Positions 10,981 through 18,364 of a stretch of 64,000 bases of DNA are shown here, piece by piece. The stretch is from Thermoplasmata archaeon (GTDB lineage: Archaea; Thermoplasmatota; Thermoplasmata; Thermoplasmatales; GCA-001856825). The stretch is from NCBI GenBank assembly GCA_021817415.1, contig JAKAUZ010000030.1:5224-69223 (forward strand). Direction: 5' to 3'. A program made the position numbers and the translations under genes. The notes below the pieces were generated by a model. The model was not told the origin of the DNA and did no database searches. It was given only the letters and a program-made list of their open reading frames with translations. The first letter of the stretch is position 1. Each line of letters opens with the position of its first letter.

Positions 10981-11145
10981 TGTGGGTTAATTGGTATTTA
11001 GTATATTTTTATTAAGTAGAGATTCGCCTTAAATGCTATCTGGCGATTTTTCGAATTGATTGTTGCGTGCAAATTGTAAGAGCCTAAAATAAATTCAGCG
11101 GGAGATACTGATCGTTCAAAACATTATAAATCCATTTATGTATTA

Positions 11146-11325
11146 ATGGACAGCATGGTCAAACTCCAAATAGATTTGGAAAGAAGGGCGCTCGGTTCTG
11201 TAATTGGAATAGTAGCTTACGATGAGATCACAAACAAGAAAAAGAAGATAGGTCTTTTAATTCCAAAAGATCGTATTGGACTTGACGAATTGCCTCAAAA
11301 AATAAGTGTGATTATTGATTATTAA
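11146..11325 (+). CDS. small hypothetical protein (59 aa, below ORF-track cutoff)
   Basis: hand translation MDSMVKLQIDLERRALGSVIGIVAYDEITNKKKEIGLLIPKDRIGLDELPQKISVIIDY; TTATAAA box about 20 nt upstream. Confidence 0.55.
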   Translation: MDSMVKLQIDLERRALGSVIGIVAYDEITNKKKKIGLLIPKDRIGLDELPQKISVIIDY

Positions 11326-11569
11326 TTAAGAGAGTGGGGTGTCTCACATATCGTGAAATTTCCGATGGATGTCGTTGTTTGACGAAATATGGGACGCCCG
11401 GTATATATACTGGAAAGATACTAAAGTCTTGGATGAAACATTTTTCATGGAACTGGTTAGAACGAGTCCCAGCAAGGATTACATCATTTGCAACGCTTTT
11501 TCTTGTTCTCACGACCACCTCTTTGTTCTACAATGATGTCAGCGTTTTGGATACTGATGATGCTTTTTC

Positions 11570-12187
11570 CTATTTTTCTCTGGGGTTAAACTCCGCAAGC
11601 ATCGACCAATTCCTGTATTTTTTTTCTATGTAGTAATCAAGACTATATTTGCTTGAGCCAAAAGCGCCATTTATTAGTATGAGCAGAAGAAATACTAGCA
11701 CATAAATTATACTTGTACCTATATCGGTCGCACCGTATATGTAAAAACCGCCGAAACCCTCTGGTACGGACCAGATAAAGAAGCTGAAGATTGCCCCAAG
11801 GATATAGACTATTTTCCTCATGAAGCCAAATAGTATTGCGAACGCAAGCAGCGTCTCAGCTAAAGCAATAAACAATGCAAACAGGTAAGGATCGCGGGAC
11901 GTTACATTGATCCAAAATTGGAACCACGGCATCATCCAGGAAGGCTGTTGAACCATTGAGCTCTGGATCATGGATTCGAATCCACTGAAGAATGCAGGTT
12001 GCCATTTGAGACTTGCATCAGCAAGCCATACAACCCCAAACAGAACGCGCATAATCACTTTATATCCGGTCATATTCCTTACAAACCAGTTTCCGTTTAC
12101 CACGGCATTCGTTGTTTGTTTCAAGTAACCACCACCTCTCTTCAGAGTTATGAATCGTGATGCGCTATATATGCCATCTGTATCCAT
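11570..12187 (-). CDS. DoxD/DoxX-like (TQO small-subunit-like) membrane protein; alternative TTG start at 12124
   Basis: MRVLFGVVWL.DA.LKWQP, W..PEGFGG, GATDIG, YSLD motifs; GAGGTGG SD precedes TTG at 12124. Confidence 0.75.
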   Translation of the reverse strand: MDTDGIYSASRFITLKRGGGYLKQTTNAVVNGNWFVRNMTGYKVIMRVLFGVVWLADASLKWQPAFFSGFESMIQSSMVQQPSWMMPWFQFWINVTSRDPYLFALFIALAETLLAFAILFGFMRKIVYILGAIFSFFIWSVPEGFGGFYIYGATDIGTSIIYVLVFLLLILINGAFGSSKYSLDYYIEKKYRNWSMLAEFNPREK

Positions 12188-12223
12188 AATGTTAAATTGG
12201 GTGAATAATATTATAACATTATG
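12185..12223. promoter_or_regulatory. inverted repeat CATAATGTTA-N19-TAACATTATG spanning the divergent doxD-like/TRASH-regulator promoter
   Basis: perfect 10-bp inverted repeat at 12185-12194 and 12214-12223. Confidence 0.6.
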
Positions 12224-12757
12224 AGAAGAAATCTTTCCGAACTTGAACAGAAGATCATATTATTGCTCAAGAGAAATTCCAGGATGAGCATAGTTGACAT
12301 GGCAAGTGAACTGGGAACAAGTAGAATTACAGCCAAGAAGGCTCTGGATTCCATAATATCAAGCGGAAGGATAAAGAAATTCACCATCTCACTTGCAGAT
12401 GAAGAGAAGGATATGGTTCTCCTATACACTGATAGTTTAGAGAATATACCAGGGAATCTTATCCTAGAGCGCTTCTCTCTCATAGATGGATCCTATATGG
12501 TGATCCTGTACTATGAGGACCTCATAAAGATAAAGAAGACTAATATAAAAAGAGTTGAAATAGCAACCTCCAGAGAATCGTATGAAAACATGAAGAGGGT
12601 AGAAAACATCCGCTGCGATTACTGCGGAAAAGAGATCAAGAACAATCCGATCTCAGTAGAGATAAGGGGAAAGACGTATTACTTGTGCTGTCCGAACTGT
12701 GAGAGAGACATCAAAAAAAGAGGGGAGATGATTCTTGAGGAAGATTCCAGACACTAG
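12221..12757 (+). CDS. AsnC/Lrp-type HTH plus C-terminal TRASH metal-binding regulator (CopR/CopT-like)
   Basis: N-terminal LSELEQKII..LKRNSRMS HTH; C-terminal CDYCGKEI...YYLCCPNC TRASH motif. Confidence 0.88.
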   Translation: MRRNLSELEQKIILLLKRNSRMSIVDMASELGTSRITAKKALDSIISSGRIKKFTISLADEEKDMVLLYTDSLENIPGNLILERFSLIDGSYMVILYYEDLIKIKKTNIKRVEIATSRESYENMKRVENIRCDYCGKEIKNNPISVEIRGKTYYLCCPNCERDIKKRGEMILEEDSRH

Positions 12758-12802
12758 CATGTACAGGTAGGTGCTATTGATAAAGCGAATGCTACAATTC
12801 TA

Positions 12803-12835
12803 CTCATAACGTTCTCATAACGTTCTCATAACGTT
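12803..12835. repeat. tandem repeat, 3 x CTCATAACGTT (11 bp)
   Basis: three exact adjacent copies. Confidence 0.9.
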
Positions 12836-12915
12836 TAATATATTGGAAACGCCTGGACAGTTTGATCAGATATATTATAAATAACTGAGATGAATTATAA
12901 TCAACCAAGAGTTCA

Positions 12916-13272
12916 GTGAGAGATTTAACTACCGGGATGGGCCCACGGTCTGGCGTGACTGAAAATAAGCTGGTGGACAAGAATTCCAGCATTCCAGACT
13001 CAATTGCTGTTGGGAAAGGGAAAGTTGAATTGAGAAAAGGAGTAATAAAGGCTGCTAAAGGGAAATCTCTAGTCCTGGAATTGGTTGAAGAAAAAGGCCC
13101 ATGTCCAGATGATATGTGCCAATTGGAAGCTAAAATCAGTGCAAGAATTCTTGGCGACATCAATGATCCATCCCTATATGAAATAATTAAAACAGAAAAG
13201 TTCACATTAGCCATCAGCAAAGCTGTTTGGCGCGCCATAGATAGGGGAATGCAGGGCATCTTCATCAGGTGA
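12916..13272 (+). CDS. hypothetical protein (CPDDMC motif)
   Basis: 118-aa ORF downstream of an AT-rich TATA-like region; function unknown; start may be ATG at 12937. Confidence 0.5.
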   Translation: MRDLTTGMGPRSGVTENKLVDKNSSIPDSIAVGKGKVELRKGVIKAAKGKSLVLELVEEKGPCPDDMCQLEAKISARILGDINDPSLYEIIKTEKFTLAISKAVWRAIDRGMQGIFIR

Positions 13273-13457
13273 GGAAGATTGACAACCTAAGCATGACGGG
13301 ATTCTCATTAACCTACTGATATGTCCACGCTCTTTTACATCATCTAATATGGGTGATCTCACTCCATGGTGATTCTTATCGTTATGTATGCTTCTGATTA
13401 TAATATTTTACAGATTGAATATAGTACGTTTTTATCCATTCATATGATTTCATAAGT

Positions 13458-13637
13458 ATGTCTTGTGGATGTATGACTAATTCGGGAAAGCATCAAATGC
13501 ACAGCCATGGTGGTGAGGGAAACTTTTCAGCAGATGATATGAAAAATGCACTGGGCATACTGAATGAGAGGTATGCAAGAGGAGAAATCGGAAAGGAAGA
13601 GTATTTAAGCATAAAGAATGAAATCTTGTCCAAGTGA
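13458..13637 (+). CDS. small SHOCT-domain protein with Cys/His-rich N-terminus (59 aa)
   Basis: hand translation MSCGCMTNSGKHQMHSHGGEGNFSADDMKNALGILNERYARGEIGKEEYLSIKNEILSK; L..RYARGEI..EEY is the SHOCT consensus. Confidence 0.8.
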   Translation: MSCGCMTNSGKHQMHSHGGEGNFSADDMKNALGILNERYARGEIGKEEYLSIKNEILSK

Positions 13638-13773
13638 AGAAATGACAACCGAATAGAGTCAAATTTGTTACAAAAGCTACAAATTTTTATTTAGCAACTG
13701 CTAACTCATTTCAAATCAATTACCGTTGAACTTCATTTTGTCGTTTTATTTTCAATTCTGTCGTTTTATTCCC

Positions 13774-14046
13774 TTATTTAACAACAAAGCCGATGAAATA
13801 GAATGCTATATCATACAGAAATCCATAGAAACTGAAGATGATTCCACCGACAGCACTGGGGAATAAAATGAATGGTGCAGGGCGCCCCCCTGCCAGATGG
13901 GTCGTGTATTCATTCCAGCTGAATCCGACAAAGTCGGAATGATATGGGCGAAAAACAGATAGTAAGGTGGCAACAATTGAGATAAGAAGGATAAAAATCA
14001 GGGCTCTTGAAGAATTGTCAATAAGCTCAGTTCTGTTAGCTCTCAT
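13774..14046 (-). CDS. small hypothetical membrane protein
   Basis: 90 aa with two hydrophobic segments, GGTGAG SD before ATG. Confidence 0.5.
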   Translation of the reverse strand: MRANRTELIDNSSRALIFILLISIVATLLSVFRPYHSDFVGFSWNEYTTHLAGGRPAPFILFPSAVGGIIFSFYGFLYDIAFYFIGFVVK

Positions 14047-14139
14047 CTATACTCACCAAACTGCGTTTATGTATTATTGTTTTCGGCGGAAAGTTACATA
14101 ACATCTGAATATTCACCATTAGTTGCACCCCCAAATACT

Positions 14140-14399
14140 ACCATTGAGTTCGCCAGATATGTCGATTCTGTTATCCGCCAGACACACCTCTTCAAGTCTG
14201 TTGGCATCGATTGCGCTGATTCCAAGAGGATCATTCTATTTCCATCGGGTCTCTCATATACCGCAGCACCTATGTCTGGGAATCCCGTGGGCTGGAACCT
14301 GTCTCCCTGAACAGGTTTCAGTTTGACTTCCATCAGTATTCTCTCTGAATTTTTTAGCGTATCATATCCGTAATGCGTTCCATCATTTTCTACTGTCAT
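14140..14399 (-). pseudogene. cas7: truncated, frameshifted type I-G (I-U) cas7/csb1
   Basis: LKPVQGDRFQPTGFPDIGAAVYERPDGNRMILLESAQSM matches the Csb1 N-terminus; restoring one base after SM gives ANRLEEVCL; similarity ends near 14140. Confidence 0.8.
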
Positions 14400-14916
14400 T
14401 TTTCCACAAGAATCCAATTTCTCCTGAGATAAATAACTTTGTAAAATTAAGTGGTGAGTTTAAGCGTTGAACTCCCTTGTAAGTAGATATTCTAGGGGTT
14501 GCGTGAAGAGGACGCTGGTCTGCTATCCATTAAACTACAACACTTTTCGCTACTTTTCATCTCATTTCACCTTGAGATCTTATCGTATAGCTCTCCCAAG
14601 ATAGCAAATCATTCAAGAAATTATGATTCTTGCACACTACCCATTGTGATGTCGTAGCTCTATACATATAAATATACATCTCATATTCACGAATCACCTT
14701 ACAGCACTTTGTTTTAATCGTGAGATAAAAATCTCGGCCTTAGATATTGTAAGAAAATCGATAATTGATTACATTTAAAGTAAACCCGCCCAATGATATA
14801 GAATGAGTTAAAGATATTGTATGACATTCAACAGTTCCTCTCAAACCCTAAAATCCTAGTTCCTGTCACGAAAAAATCAGATAAAATTTATTATATACGA
14901 GTATATACATATAATT

Positions 14917-15159
14917 ATGAGAAAAATAACTACCATCAAAGTGGAAGAAAGTGTGCTTAATTCAGCACAGGCAATTGGCTTGAACGTATCAAAGTACGTT
15001 GAGACTAAATTACGGGAATTCCTGAAAACCCAACAGGTCTCCGTGCTTGGCGATGTTGACCTATGCGGAGGGCCGGATTTGAACCGGCGAACCTCTACAG
15101 GAACAGATCTTGAGTCTGTCGCTTTTGGCCAAGCTCGGCAACCTCCGCTAAACCGCTAA
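14917..15159 (+). mobile_element. RHH/CcdA-like ORF reading antisense through tRNA-Leu; probable int(N) relic of an SSV-type integrated element
   Basis: N-terminal TTIKVEESVLNSAQAIGLNVSKYVETKLREFL is RHH/CcdA-like; ORF continues in frame across the whole tRNA. Confidence 0.55.
15064..15148 (-). tRNA. tRNA-Leu(CAA)
   Basis: GCGGAGG acceptor stem, ACAGA-CT-CAA-GA-TCTGT anticodon arm, long variable arm, GGTTCAAATCC T-arm. Confidence 0.96.
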
Positions 15160-15252
15160 TATCTGGATTTATAAGAATGTTGGGGAATTTTGATTTTTGC
15201 ATGTTATGATGATGTGAACACCTTGTTTCACAACTTTACTTTTGTTTTTCAC

Positions 15253-16047
15253 TCAAGGGACCAGTCCAGTTCCATAGTCCACCCACAACTCCTCCGAATA
15301 TACCTTGAAACCCAGTTTCCTGTAGACATTTATGGCTGCTGGATTTTCCTTGTTCACGTAAAGAATGCCCTTGGAAAGATGATTGTAGTTGCTCATTATT
15401 GTTGAGATCACTTTTCCGGCATACCCCCTGTTCCTGTACCTTGGATCAGTGAACACCGAAGATATGACGAACCAGTCTTTCCAGACCGCACCAAGCGTGG
15501 CTGCACTTGCCAGATTCTCTCCATCGTAGTATCCGTAAACTGTACTGTATGTCAGCAGGTTCCTGAACTCTTCCTTCCCCATGCTCGGGAATCTCGTCCC
15601 CTGCCACTGAGACATCAATTGCCCATATTGCTGATGTGCATCCGCAGAAAGAAGCCTTACAGATTTGTCCTTCTCCCCATTGGGTTTGTCCACCACCATG
15701 CAGTATTCGTGGTATATCCTATCAGCGTCATCAAAGAATTTCAGGTTACCGTTGAATCGCATATGGACAAGCGACTTGCTCCTGTCAATGTTCCTTAACA
15801 GCAGATCAAAAGATTCATCATTCCCAGAGAACCATATGTCCTTGACGCCACTCGAATGGTAATATATCAGCATGACTCCGGACATGTCTGAGCCGTCCCT
15901 TGCGAAATAGAACTGGCTATTTCCCATCAAGAAATTGTAATTTTCAAGATCAAATAAAAGATAGAAGTTGTCGTAGTCATTCCTGAGGAAACGCATTATT
16001 CTCTGCTTATCGTACCATCCCCCCATTTGCCTGACCTGAAGCACCAT
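15253..16047 (-). CDS. GNAT family N-acetyltransferase
   Basis: VFTDPRYRNRGYA and N.AAINVYRKLGF motifs. Confidence 0.9.
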   Translation of the reverse strand: MVLQVRQMGGWYDKQRIMRFLRNDYDNFYLLFDLENYNFLMGNSQFYFARDGSDMSGVMLIYYHSSGVKDIWFSGNDESFDLLLRNIDRSKSLVHMRFNGNLKFFDDADRIYHEYCMVVDKPNGEKDKSVRLLSADAHQQYGQLMSQWQGTRFPSMGKEEFRNLLTYSTVYGYYDGENLASAATLGAVWKDWFVISSVFTDPRYRNRGYAGKVISTIMSNYNHLSKGILYVNKENPAAINVYRKLGFKVYSEELWVDYGTGLVP

Positions 16048-16114
16048 CTATCTTTCTCCCTCTTTTAATGAATTTGCGAATATTTAACTATTTTATTGTA
16101 ATTATGGACGGTAT

Positions 16115-17017
16115 ATGAACCTAATGGATATCAGCGACGACATCAATGCGGCGTTATCAAGAACTGGCAAATCCATTGAGAGTGATTTCAAATGGGTTTT
16201 CAAGAGTTCTGAACTCAGGGACGCTACTTTCCACCTTTTATCTGTAAGCGGTAAGCTTCTCAGACCGGGGCTGGTGTTCGTCGGTTCTGAAGCCATTGGT
16301 TCCAACCCCATGGAATATGTGGAACTTGCCACTGCTATAGAATACCTGCACATATCTTCGCTGATCCACGATGACATAGTGGATAAAGATGAAATTCGGA
16401 GGGGAAAACAGGCAGTCCACGTCAAATACGGCATTGAAAATGCAATACTTGCAGGGGATGCCCTTATCGCCAGGGCAGTGAGCCTCTCTTCCAAATATGG
16501 GGAGCAGGTTGTTTCAAGAATAGCGGGAACAGCTTTTCAAATGTGCGATGGAGAGGGACTTGATTTTTCCGTTCAAAACGGGAAAATCGGGCAGGACTAT
16601 GAAGGCTACATGGAAATTGCGAGAAGAAAGACTGCTTCCTTGATTTCCACATCCCTCTCAATAGCAGCAGTAAGAGAAGGAAGGGAAGCTGTGACAATAA
16701 GGAAACTTGAAACTGCTGGCGAGAATCTCGGAGTCGCATTTCAGATCAGGGACGACATAATAAATTCAATCGGGGCAGCCGACCTTGGAAAGAGGCCTGG
16801 AAATGACGATCTTCTGAGGAATAGACCAAACGTAGTCACAGTCTTAATGGCCGATCTTGAAGATAAGAAAAAGGCTGTTTCCAGAAGTATTGATCTGATG
16901 GAAGATTTCGTGCAGAGTGCAATCCTTACTCTTTCTGATTTCAACAGGATCACAATTCTGAAGAAATACATCAACACCTTTTTTGACTCCAAAATACTGA
17001 GAAATTATATCTATTAA
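16115..17017 (+). CDS. trans-polyprenyl diphosphate synthase
   Basis: GKLLRP, SLIHDDIVD..RRG (FARM), KTASL, FQIRDD (SARM). Confidence 0.92.
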   Translation: MNLMDISDDINAALSRTGKSIESDFKWVFKSSELRDATFHLLSVSGKLLRPGLVFVGSEAIGSNPMEYVELATAIEYLHISSLIHDDIVDKDEIRRGKQAVHVKYGIENAILAGDALIARAVSLSSKYGEQVVSRIAGTAFQMCDGEGLDFSVQNGKIGQDYEGYMEIARRKTASLISTSLSIAAVREGREAVTIRKLETAGENLGVAFQIRDDIINSIGAADLGKRPGNDDLLRNRPNVVTVLMADLEDKKKAVSRSIDLMEDFVQSAILTLSDFNRITILKKYINTFFDSKILRNYIY

Positions 17018-17033
17018 TTTGGAATATTTACAA

Positions 17034-17588
17034 ATGGAGTACGTGCTTGCAATTACCGGCGGATCTGGGATTGCCTATGGATTCAACATTCTTGAGAATC
17101 TTCCTAGCAGGAAGGTACTGATTTTATCAAACGGAGCACTGGAAGTTGCAAAATATGAAATGAGGGGGAGCCTCAGCATAGAAAGTATCAGGAAGGAAGT
17201 GGACGAATTCCACATGGAAGATGATATGACGGCCCCGCAGGCATCTGGTTCTCACAAATTCGAGGCACTCATGATTGCTCCAGCTTCCATGAATACGGTC
17301 GCAAAAATAGCCAGTGGAATTTCAGACAACCTGGTAACAAGAGTTGCATCTGTTGCACTGAAGGAGAGAAGGAAGTTCATCCTTCTTTTCAGGGAGATGC
17401 CTCTGAGCAGCATACAATTGCAGAACCTGTTGAAACTTTCAGAGAGCGGGGCGATCGTGATGCCTGCATCCCCGGGGTTTTACCACAGCCCGAGGAACAT
17501 AAATGACATGCTTGCATTTGTCACTTCGAGGGTACTGGATGAACTTGGGTTGGAGAACAGCATGATCCGGAGATGGGGAGATAAATAA
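17034..17588 (+). CDS. ubiX: flavin prenyltransferase UbiX
   Basis: AITGGSG, ASGS, APASMNT, LKERR, REMPL, PASPGFY; ATG at 17034. Confidence 0.93.
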   Translation: MEYVLAITGGSGIAYGFNILENLPSRKVLILSNGALEVAKYEMRGSLSIESIRKEVDEFHMEDDMTAPQASGSHKFEALMIAPASMNTVAKIASGISDNLVTRVASVALKERRKFILLFREMPLSSIQLQNLLKLSESGAIVMPASPGFYHSPRNINDMLAFVTSRVLDELGLENSMIRRWGDK

Positions 17589-17649
17589 AGTTTCGGATGT
17601 TGAAATAGTCGTTAGACCATTTTTCAAGCTATTTTCAAAATATTTAATA

Positions 17650-17865
17650 ATGGAAACAACCTTTGCGCATATGGTTTATTCTCACTGCCTTATATGCGGT
17701 TCAGCAATCATTTCCGGACTATATTGCAAGGATTGTGAGTGGGAAATCAAAAGGATGAGGCTTGGAAACGAGGAAAACTTCGAGATTTGGTTGAGCAGCA
17801 AAACGGGAAGTGAAAAAATCAAATTTGAAAGAAACAGTGGGTTAAGCCTTGAAAGTTTTCAGTAG
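17650..17865 (+). CDS. small CxxC/CxxC zinc-binding protein
   Basis: HCLICG...YCKDC in a 71-aa ORF. Confidence 0.55.
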   Translation: METTFAHMVYSHCLICGSAIISGLYCKDCEWEIKRMRLGNEENFEIWLSSKTGSEKIKFERNSGLSLESFQ

Positions 17866-18068
17866 TCAGTTAGATTGAATTCTTCCTTCAACCTCAAGAA
17901 CTTCTCCCTGCTATCAATGCCGTAATTTCTGCTGATTTCCTCGATCGCTGAAGTTTTTGATGAATCCCATATTTCGCTCAACAGCATCATTCTTCCTTTA
18001 CGGGTGGAAAATATTATTTCTTCTCCCTCAAGCTTCCATTCCCTCAATAGCTGATAACCTTCGCTCAT
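17859..18068 (-). CDS. hypothetical protein, last gene of the nuo transcription unit
   Basis: ATGA overlap with the upstream ORF. Confidence 0.6.
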   Translation of the reverse strand: MSEGYQLLREWKLEGEEIIFSTRKGRMMLLSEIWDSSKTSAIEEISRNYGIDSREKFLRLKEEFNLTDY

Positions 18069-18364
18069 AGATCATTGCACCTCTTGGTATCATATGCTGG
18101 AAATGCCACATCATACCTGTTGTACGAATAAAGGAACCTGAAGTATATTGCCCTTTTCTCTAGTTCTTCTCCAGGTATCCTTAAAATTTCATCCTCAATC
18201 TCCTCTGGTTCTATCCTCTTTTCAATTGCAGAGAGCAACACCTTTGACACTTCCGCATAGAAACCTTTCCCCTTGACGCTCTTTGATAGGAAATGATGTG
18301 CCCTTCCTATTTCTCCTCCTATGAGCTCAGTTTCATATGCATTGAAGTAGAATTCTTCCATCAT
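18065..18364 (-). CDS. hypothetical protein directly coupled to nuoN
   Basis: ATG abuts the nuoN stop; GGAGG upstream. Confidence 0.65.
   Translation of the reverse strand: MMEEFYFNAYETELIGGEIGRAHHFLSKSVKGKGFYAEVSKVLLSAIEKRIEPEEIEDEILRIPGEELEKRAIYFRFLYSYNRYDVAFPAYDTKRCNDL

Noticed and set aside
11312-11633. Overlapping ORFs 11312-11518 (-) and 11334-11633 (+)
   Set aside because: No recognisable motifs; mutually overlapping; probably spurious or decayed
13732-13770. Direct repeat TGTCGTTTTATT x2 with a 20-nt period
   Set aside because: Only two copies in a T-rich intergenic region between convergent genes; too short for CRISPR, probably a terminator or slippage
14420-14900. Possible CRISPR array or leader upstream of the cas7 relic
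   Set aside because: No regularly spaced direct repeats seen by eye on either strand
11000-14900. Second att site (duplicate of the tRNA-Leu 3' end) or int(C) gene
   Set aside because: Not found by eye, so element boundaries cannot be defined
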